Part shown: one piece after another, positions 24,589 through 36,757 of the stretch
How the letters are laid out: each line of letters begins with the position of its first letter
Position numbering within the stretch: position 1 is the stretch's first letter
DNA from: Felis catus
Taxonomy: Eukaryota
Reading direction: 5' to 3'
Length of the DNA: 64,000 nucleotides
Assembly: GCF_018350175.1 (NCBI RefSeq)
Contig: NC_058368.1
Coordinates: 22,446,001-22,510,000, forward strand
Made by a program: the position numbers and the translations under genes
The notes under the pieces: model-generated
The model's database searches: none
What the model was told of the DNA's origin: nothing
Seen by the model: the letters and a program-made list of their open reading frames with translations, nothing else

Positions 24589-25396
24589 GCTGTTGTACCC
24601 TGGGACACAAGTCTGAGAAGTTTGCTCTAAGCTTTACTCTACTGTATTACTCATCTACTACTTTATTTTATCTACCTGTGGCAGCTGGAATTATCCACAC
24701 CGAATACTATGCAAGAGAGGAGGTTTTATATGTCAAAGTGGAAGGATTCCAAGTCGTAAACTGAGTAACTTAGTGCATTTAGCAAAGCGTTTGGCACACA
24801 GAAAGCTCTTGACAGACGTTCAGATATGTTCACTACATATTTTAGATTTTTTACTATCATTATTAACATTATTATCTTGCTTCAAAGTTGAACATTGCTG
24901 GTCATTAGGTGACAATGGCTATTGTATAACACAGTGTGTCTTCTTTGCCTGGTGAGAAGTAGGCTCAGTTGAAAACAGCTTCGGGCTCCCTCAGGCTACC
25001 TCCGCCTGAAGTGCAGGTGATTTACCTCTGCAGCTGTGGGGAAGCATCAGCCTGCAACTTTACCCTTCCGTGCAAAGGGGCCTAGAGTCTGGTATGAATG
25101 CAGGCCTTGTCAGGTGCTAGAAGTGAGCCACAGACAGGAATGATGGCCTTGATATTTTCACTTCAGAGAGACAAGGGTGAATCTCCAACACCAGGGCCAG
25201 GCAGAAATTCTCACCTATGTGTTAAAAGTGTGGACTTCAAAATACCTATTAACTGAGAGAGGGCCAATATTTTAACCATTGCCATCAATTAACATAAGCA
25301 TTCATTTGTTGATCTTAGCAGAGAGGAGGGTCCTGATGGAACTGGAGAAAGAAGATTACATTTCAAGGAAAGGAAGAGAGAGTGGATGGTATGGAG

Positions 25397-25574
25397 CAGT
25401 GATTCTCAAATGTTAGCATGCAATACAATCACCTGGAGGCCTTAGGAAAACACAGGTTACTGGACCCCTACACCCAGAGCTTCTGACTCAGTAGTCCTGG
25501 AGTGAGGCCTGAGAACTTTCATTTCTAACAAGTTCCCAGGTGATGCTGATGCTGCTAGTTTGGGAGAGCCACTG
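25397..25574 (-). mobile_element. MER5A (hAT-Charlie)
   Basis: cagtgattctcaaa...catttctaacaagttcccaggtgatgctgatgctgct...ccactg; 8-bp TSD-like gtatggag/atctggag. Confidence 0.9.
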
Positions 25575-26205
25575 ATCTGGAGCTCTGGGCACTGTTTTGA
25601 ATGGCTATAGTTTGGGGAATAAAGAGACAGACATGGGGCAGGATAAAGCACTAATGATGAATGTGGCCCATTTCCTAGCTTAGCCTGGGAAAGTGGCTTT
25701 CAAGTCTCTTGTCTTATTTAGTGTTTGATTATTGCTGCTCGGGAGCAAAACCTCTCTTAGCTGCTAGTGCTTGATGCGTAGTGGGTGCTCAATCAACATT
25801 GGTTGAATCAAGTGTTGCTCAAAGAGAATTCCCAGAGATCAAGGAATTCGCACAAATACAAAATTAATAGGCATATCTACTGAAAAGCTAATTTGTCTGG
25901 CACCTCCAGATAATGAGATGGGTTTATTAAATAACTAAAGTCAGGGCCTTTCTAAAGGGTGAAAAGCCTTGGGCAACTCAGTCAGTGTGGGTTCCTAAGA
26001 TAATCAATCGCACTTGAAAGGAGACACTGTCAGCATCTTTCATAGGCCCCTTGGGTTATCTTTATTCAAGACAGAAATTTTAAAATTGAATTTTAATAAT
26101 GTACTAAAATAGAAGAGTGAGATACAGCACCACCGTGGAGCCTAGGACAGCTGCATCCATTGCCCCACCCAAGGGATGGCTCTAATTGGAATATACCATT
26201 TAAAA

Positions 26206-26422
26206 AAATTTTTTTTTCAACGTTTTTATTTATTTTTGGGACAGAGAGAGACAGAGCATGAACGGGGGAGGGGCAGAGAGAGAGGGAGACACAGAATCGG
26301 AAACAGTCTCCAGGCTCCGAGCCATCAGCCCAGAGCCTGACGGGGGGCTCGAACTCACAGACCTCGAGATTGTGACCTGTCTGAAGTCGGACGCTTAACC
26401 GACTGTGCCACCCAGGCGCCCC
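26206..26422 (-). mobile_element. Can-SINE, young felid subfamily
   Basis: Diagnostic tttttgggacagagagag and ccatcagcccagag; TSD tggaatatacc at 26187 and 26424. Confidence 0.95.
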
Positions 26423-26455
26423 ATGGAATATACCTTTTAAAACATCAACCTCATT

Positions 26456-26672
26456 AAAAAAATTTTTTTTTAATGTTTATTTATTTTTGAGAGAGACAGA
26501 GACAGAGTATGAGCCAGGAAGGGGCAGAAGGAAAGGGAGACAGAATCTGGAGCAGGCTCCAGGCTCTGAGCTGTCAGCACAGAGCCTGACACGGGGCTCA
26601 AACTCACCAACCGCAAGATCATGACCTGAGCTGAAGTTGGATGCATAACCAACTGAGCCACCCAGGCACCCC
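26456..26672 (-). mobile_element. Can-SINE
   Basis: TSD caacctcatt at 26446-26455 and 26673-26682. Confidence 0.95.
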
Positions 26673-26699
26673 CAACCTCATTTTACTTTAGCCATTTTA

Positions 26700-26781
26700 G
26701 GCCCTAATATAACAGAAGTTTGTTTTATGCTTCATAATAATCCAGTGCAGTTGTAGGTCAAGCAGAGGTGGTGGTGGTTTT

Positions 26782-26823
<42 letters not shown>

Positions 26824-27056
26824 TGGGAGCAGGAGGCAGGAGGTACTTATTCTGACGAAGCTCTGCCATCTTCAGTGCTAGCTTTCCAAGGTCACCCTGA
26901 ATGTCAACAGTCAGGTAGCAGAGGAGTACCAAACATGAAGTCTTGTGACTGGGAATCTTAAGTTGATGAACATCACTTGTGTGCACTTTCCTTCAGCTAA
27001 GGGTTTAATTACCTGGCTGCATCTAACTGCAAAAGTGGGTTCAAAATATAGTTTTT
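26700..27056 (-). mobile_element. MaLR LTR remnant (old MLT1) containing a GT repeat
   Basis: gctctgccatcttc...tccaaggtcacc...catcactt...ctaactgcaa. Confidence 0.6.
26784..26821. repeat. (GT)19 microsatellite
   Basis: Read directly. Confidence 0.97.
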
Positions 27057-27264
27057 GGGGGCACCTGTGTGGTTCAGTCAGTTAAGTGTCTGACTTTGGC
27101 TCAGGTCATGATTTCACAGTTCGAGCCCTGTGTCAGGCTCTGTGCTGACAGCTCAGAGCCTGGAGACTGCTTCAGATTTCGCATCTCCCTCTCCCTCTGC
27201 CCCTCCCCTGCTCATGCTCTGTCTCTCTCTCTTTCAAAAATAAATAAATGTTAAAAAAAAAAAA
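27057..27264 (+). mobile_element. Can-SINE
   Basis: ggggcacctgtgtggttcag head; TSD core aaatatag on both flanks. Confidence 0.94.
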
Positions 27265-27487
27265 GAAATATAGCCTTTTTCTGGGCAGTCCCTTCTCAGT
27301 GGCACCTTTACACAATGGAAAAAAAGCACAAATATTTGGTATATAGAGAGCTCTGTTGATACAAATGGAAATCTTAAAATTTATGATTCCTGTTCCTGAT
27401 ACATAGGAGGTAATCTTTTCATGAAAATTTAGTGCAGTGTTTCCCAGCGTTGATTCCTAGTTAATCTAATTCTGTGAGGTGTTCTTT

Positions 27488-27701
27488 CTTTTAAAATTTA
27501 TTTTTAATGTTTTTATTTATTTTTTGTGACAGACCATGAGCAGGGGAGGGGCAGAGAGAGAGGGAGACACAGAATCCAAAGCAGGCTCCAGGCTCTGAGC
27601 TGTCAGCACAAAGCTTGAAATGGGGCTGGAACTCACAGACTGTGAGATCATGACCTGAGCTGAAGTCAGACGCTTAACCGACTGAGCCAACCAGGCACCC
27701 C
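27488..27701 (-). mobile_element. Can-SINE
   Basis: TSD tgtgaggtgttcttt at 27473-27487 and 27703-27717. Confidence 0.95.
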
Positions 27702-27717
27702 ATGTGAGGTGTTCTTT

Positions 27718-27947
27718 TTTTTTTTGAATTTTTTTTCTCAACGTTTTTTTTATTTTATTTTTGGGACAGAGAGAGACAGAGCATGAACGGGGGAGGGGCA
27801 GAGAGAGAGGGAGACACAGAATCGGAAACAGGCTCCAGGCTCTGAGCCATCAGCCCAGAGCCCGACGCGGGGCTCAAACTCACGGACCGCGAGATCGTGA
27901 CCTGGCTGAAGTCGGACGCTTAACCCACTGCGCCACCCAGGCGCCCC
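27718..27947 (-). mobile_element. Can-SINE, young CpG-rich subfamily
   Basis: TSD gaggtgttctt at 27706-27716 and 27948-27958; most CpGs intact. Confidence 0.96.
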
Positions 27948-27988
27948 GAGGTGTTCTTAAAACAAAAATAAACAAGACAAAAGTTTTG

Positions 27989-28106
27989 TCACCTGGGTGC
28001 CTCAGTAGGCTGAGTGTCTGACTATTGGTTTCAGCTCATGTCTTGATCTCAGGGTCATCGGTTTGAGTCCTGCATTGGGCATGAAGCCTACTTAAAAAAA
28101 GAAAAG
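27989..28106 (+). mobile_element. Short old Can-SINE lacking the CT tract
   Basis: tRNA-like head followed directly by gcctacttaaaaaaa; aaagttt on both flanks. Confidence 0.8.
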
Positions 28107-28161
28107 AAAGTTTAGGAAACACAGCATGTCATATTTTTCTCTTAGAAAACCATGACATGCT

Positions 28162-28386
28162 GGGGTGTCTGGTGGCTCAGCCAGTTGAGTGTCCAACTTA
28201 GACTCAGGTCATGATCTCGCGGTCCGTGAGTTCGAGCCCCGCGTCGGGCTCTGTGCTGACAGCTCAGAGTCTGGAGCCTACTTTGGATTCTGTGTCTCCC
28301 TCTCTCTGCCCCTTTCCCGCTCATGCTCTGTCTCTCTCTGTCTCTCAAAAAATGAATAAACATTAAAAAAAATTTTTAAAAAAGAA
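28162..28386 (+). mobile_element. Can-SINE
   Basis: 18-bp TSD agaaaaccat(g/c)acatgct at 28144-28161 and 28387-28404. Confidence 0.96.
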
Positions 28387-28850
28387 AGAAAACCATCACA
28401 TGCTTTAGCATCCTAAGGGGTATGAAAAGTTGTAAAGAAACTATTTTAATTTAATTCAGTATTTTTTGCACTTATTACCATAGAACCTTTGTTTTAGCAA
28501 CATGTATTGCTATCCTGCAGATCTAGGGTCATCATTAACTGTCAGTGATTGTCTTCTGCTCTGACATAGTTGAGAAGCTATTGACACAGGTGGGTTGTTT
28601 CCCCCACACCAGATGACCTAGACTATTACTGGTTTGAGTTTGTCTGTCTTTTTCTTCTCTTTTCTTTTTAAAATTTGTGTTTGTATTTCTCCCACTTCCC
28701 TCTTATGTTGGGTTATTAGGCTCTCCCTTTTACATAGCTAGTGTTTTTCCTCTTAGTGTTTCTCCCACCCTGGCTTTCTCCTTGGATTCTTCTAATCTTC
28801 TTTGGGCTGAGTCATCAAGCTTGCCTGAATATATTAAAAATAAACTTCTA

Positions 28851-29009
28851 TCAACATACAATTTATTGCAATAGACAATAATATACAACAAGTATACAAT
28901 ATGATATCATTATGATGGCAACCATATTAGAATATCTACATGTATCAAAGGAACAGGATGTACACCTTAAATTTATGCAATGTTACATGTCAAATATATC
29001 CAGCTTAAG
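28851..29009 (+). mobile_element. Short L1 3' end insertion
   Basis: tgtacaccttaaatttatgcaatgttacatgtcaa terminus; TSD aa(t/c)aaacttcta on both flanks. Confidence 0.75.
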
Positions 29010-30231
29010 AAACAAACTTCTAAGAGAGTCTTGCAGTGATTGGGGATGTATTTCTTTTGGGTAAGTTACTAGGCTTAAGTCGATATATTTTGCAAAATCT
29101 ATTTTTATTGTTCTGATGTTTCCTCCTTACTTCCTGTTTCTTGCTTCTCTTCTAGAAAGAAGAGTTCTGAGAAGCTGAAGCAAGTAATACTCTTCTCACA
29201 TGGTCAATAGACCCAGTTTCTTCCCAGTAACACAGGGGTACTCAAGACAGAAGTCAACCAACCTCACCTCCAACAGGTCTTTCCATTGATTCCTCCATAA
29301 TTCCAACTCCCAAATGGGGAACGGTGGTAGATATTAATTGTATTTTAACATGGTGACTCTTTTAATTCATCTCAGATTACTTAAAAGAATGGATTTGGAA
29401 AATACACGGTCACTCTTTCATCTGTTCTTCTTCATCTTTCCCTGGTGTGTCTAGAGGTGTGAGGTGAGAAAATAAAATATTTTGTGGGTGACAGACTCGT
29501 AGTTCTGTGCTTCATTGTAATCTAGCCTACGTTTTCTATCCAACACAGGGTCAAAAAAACAAGCTTAGGGAAAAGAAGGAATGAGCTGTGTTTGTTTTAG
29601 GTATTTAATAGTTCTTTGTTGGTTTGCATGCTGAAGGATGTCTGACTACTGTTATATATTTATAAAGAAAATTTCTTAAGGGTTGCAGAGACTATTTGAT
29701 CCCAGGACGTGGGGAAGCCTGCTTGTTCTCGCTGCTTCTGAGGAGGAGTGTATATTTTAGCTTCTTACACACTGCACTGTCTATGATTTAAGAGTTTCAG
29801 ATGACAGGAAGAGAAAGAAAAACTTGTGTTCTTTTCTATCAGGTATTCTTAGAAATGCCGATTCATTTTTCTGAAGTATATATAGCACAAGTTAACGAGA
29901 AAATGAGTCACTTCCAGCCGTGCGTGGGAACCGTGACACTAGTAACACAGCTTACTTACTGTAGTTTGAAAGCAACATCCTCTGAGTTTTTTTAGGTTAC
30001 AATTGGATTACCAACCTGAGAGAGCAAACCTATGAAGAGGGCTTACACCTCAGCCCAGTTTAGGGTTGTCGTCGAAGTTAATTGGACACATGTTTAATAA
30101 CAATATGTGTGAGTGTTACTGTGCTGAATGGTAATTAGGTAGAAATGGTACTTAGTCCATACAGAGGCCTGTTTTGTCACGGTCAAACCATGCATTTCTA
30201 GAACTCTGGCGGGTGTCACATCCTTCAGCCC

Positions 30232-30707
30232 CCGTGGAAGAGAACCAGAACTGGACACTCGTTCAACACTGAAGATAAAATTTTATTTGAACCCCCACCC
30301 CCACCCCCACCAAACTGTTGCAATAGGGAGAAAGAGACTCAGTATAGAACTGAGCTCAGTACTGGGTACAGCATGGGCAAGTGGGGCTTTATAGCCAAGG
30401 AGCAGGGTGGGGGGCAGAAGTCAGGATGGAAAATCACTAGGAGGAAACCTCAGGGGTGAGGAGGCATTCTGGCTAGACCAACTTGGTAAGATTCTTGCTG
30501 AAAGCAGGCCAGGATGATTAGATACTGAGGATAGGGGATAAAGAATTTGACCAGGTATTGAGGGGTAATCTTACTAAATGGATCTAGCAGGATTTTTGCT
30601 AAAACTCGTGATACACAGATAGACACATAAGCCCAATGGTTGGAGCCTAGCTGAGATGAAAGTCTGAGGAGCCTGACCAAATTTGGTCAAGAAGATCATC
30701 TTTGTCA
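30232..30707 (-). mobile_element. ERV1 solo LTR (MER67-like)
   Basis: Ends gaggagcctgaccaaatttggtcaag...ctttgtca, the reverse complement of the recalled MER67 start TGACAAAGA...TTGACCAAA..TCAGGCTCCTC. Confidence 0.8.
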
Positions 30708-30967
30708 GCCCTATATCCTATCATTTTTCCCGTCTCAGTTCTCTTCTCCCCAAGCCACTTAACCTGCACCTGCTGCCAGTCCCCAGTCTCTGCCCCAATC
30801 CAACTGCAAGCAGAAGGAATCTCAAGGATGGCAGACTGATTTCAGAGATGTCTGCTCTTGGTGGGCAGGGGCTACCAGCAGCTCAGAGTGAACAGTCTGG
30901 GTCTGGGCTGGGTAGGACAGAACACTCTGGGACAGGAAAAGGACCTGCAGCTAGCTTGCCTTGGGAC

Positions 30968-31101
30968 AGGACGTGATTTATGAAGCCTAAGATTTGTATC
31001 ATTTATGAAAATATATGACCATGGGAACAGCTTGCTAGGGCTTTGGAAGAGGTCTGTGCAAAGGAGAGCTAAAACTTAGCTTCCTGGTGAATCTTCCACT
31101 G
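30968..31101 (-). mobile_element. hAT-Tip100-like (Arthur-type) terminal fragment
   Basis: atatgaccatg.gaaca..ttgctagggc.ttggaag...tagcttc..ggtgaatc..ccactg. Confidence 0.5.
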
Positions 31102-31185
31102 ACCAAGCCACAAGTATTCTCTGATCCAGCACTCCAGATCTCAATGGCCCATTTGTTCTTGCCACCACTCCAACTTTGTTTTTTT

Positions 31186-31404
31186 TTTTTTAATTTTTGT
31201 AAACATTTATTTATTATTGAGAGAGAGAGAGACAGAGCATGAGCGGGGGAGGGGCAGAGAGAGAGGGAGACACAGAAGCCAAAGCAGGCTCCAGGCTCTG
31301 AGCTGTCAGCACAGAGCCCAATGTGGGGCTCGAACCCACGGACCGCGAGATCATGACCTGAGCCAAAGTCGGATGCTCAACCGACTGAGCCACCCAGGCG
31401 CCCC
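31186..31404 (-). mobile_element. Can-SINE
   Basis: TSD ccaactttgttttttt at 31170 and 31405. Confidence 0.95.
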
Positions 31405-31420
31405 CCAACTTTGTTTTTTT

Positions 31421-31738
31421 AACAATAAAATTTTTATTTTTAAAAATTAATTTATTTTTATATTCAGTATAATTAATTTACAGTGTTATATTAATTTCAG
31501 GCATACAAAATAGTGATTCAACAATTCTATACATCACTCAATGCTCATCACAATAAGTGTACCTTAATCCCCTTCACCTATTGCACCCCCCCCCCCCCAC
31601 CGTACTTCCCCTATGGCAACCACCAGTTTGCTCTCCGTATGTAAGAGTTTGTTTTTTTGTGTGGTGTCTCTTTTTTCCTTTGTTCATTTGTTTTGTTTCT
31701 TGAATTCTACATATGAGTGAAATCATATGGTGTTTGTG
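31421..31738 (-). mobile_element. Carnivore L1 3' end
   Basis: acagtgttatatt..tttcagg...gagtgaaatcatatggt; TSD accactccaacttt at 31164-31177 and 31739-31752. Confidence 0.88.
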
Positions 31739-32153
31739 ACCACTCCAACTTTTCAATATTTTTCCCTTTATGGCTAGTGCTTCTTGTGCCCTACTTAAGA
31801 AATTTTTGCCTATCAAGATGAGATCTTTTCGTATTTTCTTGTAAAAGCTAAATTGTTTGACCCTTAGATCTATACCCCATCTGGAATTGAACTTTTTGTG
31901 TTGTGTGATAGATACAACATAGTAGTAGATTGTAGTCGAGATTCATTTTTTTTCCACACAAATATCCAGTTGACCCAGCACCATTTTTTAAAAGAATGAA
32001 ATATCCTTTCTGCACTACAGTACATAATCATCTTTATTTTATTAGGTAACCTATGTTTCTGTATTCTATTCTTCTTCCATCAGTCTATTTGCCTCTACTT
32101 ACACCAATAATACATGATTTTAATTACTAGAACTTTAAAAATAAGTCTTGATA

Positions 32154-32375
32154 GGGGAGCCTGTGTACCTCAGTTGGCTAAGCATCCAACTCTTGATTTC
32201 AGCTCAGGTCATGATTTCAGGTTGTGGGATCAAACCCTAGGTCAGGCTCCATGTTGGGTGTGGAGATGACTGAGGATTCTCTTTCTCTCTCTCTTCCCTT
32301 CTGCCCCTTTCCCGCTCATATGCATACACATGCACACTCTCTTTCTCTCAAAAATTAAAATTCTAAAAAAAAAAA
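32154..32375 (+). mobile_element. Older Can-SINE
   Basis: TSD agtcttgata at 32144-32153 and 32381-32390. Confidence 0.9.
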
Positions 32376-32497
32376 GGCATAGTCTTGATATTTGTTAGTA
32401 TAAGTCCTCTAGCTTTTGTTCTTCTTTTTCAAAATTATCGTGGTGTTCTCAGTTTTTTTACATTTCCTTATCAATTTTAGAATCAGCTTGTCAATTT

Positions 32498-32498
32498 A

Positions 32499-32534
<36 letters not shown>
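32498..32534. repeat. (CA)n microsatellite
   Basis: Read directly. Confidence 0.95.
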
Positions 32535-32536
<2 letters not shown>

Positions 32537-35404
32537 CCCTATAGGAATTAAGATTGGGATTGTCTTAAACATACAGATCAGTTTTGGGGAGTGATAGCAT
32601 AGTCACAATTTTAATTCATAATTGAATTGAATTCAATTTAATATCTCATATTTCAATGAGGTATCTTACCATTGACTTAGATCTTTTAAAATTTCTCTCA
32701 ACAATGTTTTTTTAATTTTCAGTCGTATATATCTTATACATCTTTAGGTGTGTTCCAAATATTTGATATATATTTGGTGCTACTGTAAAAAGTTTTATGT
32801 TTTAATAATATGTTTCCTCTTTTTGATGATATGTAGAAATACAATTATTATATATTAACTTTTAAAGGTGTAACTTTGTTAAATTAATGTATTGTTTCTA
32901 ATAGTTTGTAGATGCTTTTGGATTTTATATGTGCACACTCATGTCATCTAACAATAATGTATTTCTATTTTTACAAAACTTTTGCCTTTTATTTATTTAT
33001 TTTTGTATTTTACTGGCTAGGACCTCAAGAAAAATGTTGAATCACCTTTTTTTCATTCCCACCTAGAGGAGGAAAGCTTGCAACAATATTGTTTAAATTT
33101 ATGTTTGATGTAGGATTTTTGTAGATTTTTTAAAATCAGAGAAAGTTTATTTTATTCCTAGTTTGTTAACATTTTCATCCCAAACAGGCATTGATAGGGG
33201 AGGAATTTATCAAATTCCTTTTCCACATCTATCAAGATGATTATAGTTTGTTTGTTTTAATCTGTAAATATTATGAACTGCATTGATTGATTTTAAAGTA
33301 TTGAACAACACTGGCATTCTGGGAATAAACTCTACTTGTTTGTGATATGGTACCTTTTTATGTTTCATTGGATTCTCTTAGCTAATATTTTGTTTAGGCT
33401 TTTTGGGTCTATGTTCACGAGAATAAGTGGTTTGTAAATCCTGTCAGATTATAGAATCAAGTTTTGCTGGTCTCATAAAAATGCCCTTCCTATTTTCTAG
33501 AAGCTGGTGCAGAATTGTTGTTAAATTGCTTGGAAGAATTCACAGGTAAAGCCATCTATACCTACCTAAATACCCTAGGTATTTAAAAATTTAGTTAAGA
33601 TTTTCTAGTTCTTCTGTCAGTTTTGGCAACATGTTCTTAAAGGATTTGTCTGCATGTCAAAATTGTCAAATTAATTGGCATCAAGTGTTTCGTAATATAT
33701 ATAATGTGTTTTTAATGCCTTTTGTCATCCATTGAGTCTGTAATGATATCCTCTTTTTCATTCTTGATTTTAGTAATTTGTATTTTCACTCTTTTTCCCC
33801 CCTCAGTTTGCTAGAGGTTCATTTACTTTATTAGTCTTTTCAAAGAACTAATTTTGCTTGCTGATTTTCTCTATTGCACATTTGTTTCTATTTCATTGAT
33901 TTCTGTTCTTATCACTATTATTTTATTTCCTACTTTCTCATTTGTTTACATTTGATCAGCTTTTTGGGAGAGAAGCATAGAACACTGACTTTTAGACTTT
34001 TAGACTTCTTTTCTAACACATGTATGAAATATGTGTTAAATATGGCAAAATATCTCCCTCTGCCACTGCTTTCGTTATATCATACAAGTTTTGCTATGTT
34101 CAGAATGTCATAAAAGTTATTATTTAGTTAAAACATTTTCTAATTTTGGGGATTCTAATTTGTGGGATTTCTCGTTTGCCCTTATTTAGAAGTGTATGGT
34201 TTGCTTCCCAAGCAGCTGAGATCATCTAGTTCATTTTGTTGTTAATTTTTATCATAATTTCATGTTAGTCAGAGAATAAACTCTTCATGATTCCAAGCCT
34301 TTGAAATTTGTTGAGGTTTCTTTGTGATCAATTTTTGCTCTATGTGCACTTGGAAAGAATGTGTATTCTGTCTTCACTGGATGTGGTGTTCTACATATGG
34401 CAATTATGTCAACATTTTTAAAGGTGTTGTTCAGATCTTTTATATCCTTATTGACTTTTGTCTTAAAAAACTATATAGCCATTTAGACAGGTATTTTAAA
34501 GTCTCTCTTTCAGTTCTGTTGATTTCTACTTTATGTATTTTGAAGCTATGTTGTTGAGTGCATACAGACTTAGAATTACGATGTCCTTCTGGTGGACTGA
34601 CACTTCATTATAAAATATCCCTCTATAACCATAGAATTGCTTCTTGCCATCATGTCTAAGTTGTCTGAAAAGTTCTCACATGCCTACTGTACAGGGAAAA
34701 AAAGACTGGATGATATAAAAATATGTTAAAACTGGATTACTTTGAGAGTTCTCTAACTGCAGATGATTATTTTCTTCTTTTACCATATTTATATATTTCC
34801 ATTTCTTACGGTGAGCAAGGGTAATTTTTATAATTATAAAAAACATGGCAGTTACTTTAGGAAACATAGCAGACAGTAGCTTCAAGTTTCTACTGTACAT
34901 AAACAATTAATTACCCTTGGGGCTGTTTGGGCAAGAGCACATACAGCAGGAACTCCTTGGTCTAAATCTCAGCAATTGCAGTTCTGCTCCTTCCAGTGAA
35001 AACCCTCTCTATGTTTATCTCATCTAGATGCTTGTATTTGAAACTCTGACAGATATGAAGGGTGCGTGCTTGCACATACATACACCTCTTCCTGAAAATT
35101 TTAGCTTTTAGGCTTTTGGAGATGTTTAGGAAAGCTGACAATAGTATTTAAAATGTCATTAATAGATATTATGACTTTTCTTTATTAATGGGTATTCTGG
35201 CATTATTTGTATTATCTTTGGGAACCAATCCAAACAAACAAAAATTCCCAAACAGAACTCTCAATTATCCCATGCTTGAGAGAATATGGAATGAAAACTG
35301 ATAATTGAAATATACAAATAATCTCATAATTTATGTAATAGTTGTAACATGTTTCCCCCACTTAGCATTTACCAGAATTGTCATTTTCCAAAGGGGAAAA
35401 ATCT

Positions 35405-35645
35405 TAATAGTAGTTAATATTTATTGAGCACTTAAATTCTGTGCCAGTCACAGTTGTAAGCTCCCGGTTAATCTTCACAAAACCCTATGTTATAGATAAT
35501 ATTTTTTTGTCCCCATTTTACAGATGGGGAAACTGAGGTACAGAGGATAAGTAACTTGCCCATAGTTAATACGTAGTCAGTGACAGAGCCAGAAGTTGAA
35601 CTCAAGGATTCTTGGGCAATCCTCTTTAATACCATACATTATACC
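35405..35645 (-). mobile_element. MIR, near full length
   Basis: atttattgagcactt...ccccattttacagatggggaaactgaggtacagag...taacttgccc. Confidence 0.9.
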
Positions 35646-36159
35646 ACAGCAGAATAATAGGAAAATTAGAGTTTGAGAGTTGGAAATTTAGATCTTAGAC
35701 TGGGTGTTCTGGGGAAGGAGACATGGCCTGAGACTCAAGTAAGGACTTCAGTCTGTGGCAGGAATCCCTAAGTGGCTATAGGTGAGTCAGAGAAGGGCTA
35801 ATGTGTCTGAGAGGAGCCCCAGAATGTTTTGGTCTGTTCCAGGGGACAGTCAGGGTGACGGGGCAGATTGGTAATGTCATTACTGCCCAATGAGGAGACA
35901 TCAAGTTGTCTCGGAAACCACTACACTTCAGGGATCCAGCTTTGCTGCCTTCTAAGGGACACTGAGGCTCCACCCTTCTCCCCAACCTGTGGCTCTCCAG
36001 CGTGTGGCAGATTCTTTGACTTCTAGCTGGAATCTGCAAGGTATGAATTAGGTAAAAATTCCTTTAATCTCCCATCACCCTTCTTCCTTTCCAATCTCCT
36101 TCCTCCTCTCCAATCCAAACATCCAATCATTATCATCATCGTCACCACGACCACAATCA

Positions 36160-36432
36160 TCAACACCCTAATATTTATTATGCCTTTGCTATACACCTGG
36201 TAAGAACCTCTAATGCATGATCTCATTTAGCTCTCACAAACACCTTGAATGGAAGGTACTACTGTTATCATTTGCACTGGACTGAGGAGGGCATTGAGGC
36301 TTAGAATGGTCAGCAGTTTGTTCAAGATCAATTTGCTCAAGAGCTAGTAAGTGGCAGAGCCAGGTTTTAAACCCAGACCTGTCTGACCTAAACCCAGACC
36401 TGTCTGACCCAAAGCCCAAGTTCTTCATCTGC
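36160..36432 (-). mobile_element. MIR
   Basis: atctcattt...ctagtaagtggcagagccagg...cccagac.tgtctgac. Confidence 0.8.
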
Positions 36433-36757
36433 CATGTATTGTCAAAAGAATTAGTCTAGAGTTTTGGAGTTCAAGGCAAGAGCTGGAAGGCAGAAGACAT
36501 GTGCTAAGTCTGAAGTCCTTTCTCACCACTACATTAGTGGCTGCTTCCCCATAAGGCAGTTTGGCTACACTGGAAATTTAGAGAGCTTTCCTACTGCAAA
36601 TCTCAGCTTCCATCACTTTAGTACTATAGTTTCAGTTTGTGTCTGTCCCTTTTGATATGTCTTAAGCTCCTTGAAAGAAAGACCTACTTTTTTTCATCTC
36701 TATTATCTAGCAGAAGATCTGGCATCCAGTAGTAGTCAGTAAAATTTTGTTATAAGA

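Larger units (their letters stand above)
27435..28500. mobile_element. hAT-Charlie MITE remnant broken up by four SINEs
   Basis: cagtgtttccca start, aagtttaggaaacacagcat, aaagaaact, cttattaccatagaaccttt resemble Charlie4-type MITEs. Confidence 0.5.
31755..34668 (-). mobile_element. Ancient L1 (L1M-type) ORF2-region remnant, about 2.9 kb
   Basis: T-rich strand with L1 landmarks (atccagttgacccagcaccattt, aattttagaatcagcttgtc, ctggctaggacctc, agtcttttcaaagaac, gcacttggaaagaatgtgtattctg). Confidence 0.8.

Noticed and set aside
1661..30690. Isolated perfect CArG boxes (ccaatatagg at 1661, ccatttaagg about 23367, ccaaatttgg about 30677)
   Set aside because: Scattered, partly inside repeats, and no more frequent than chance in 64 kb of AT-rich DNA
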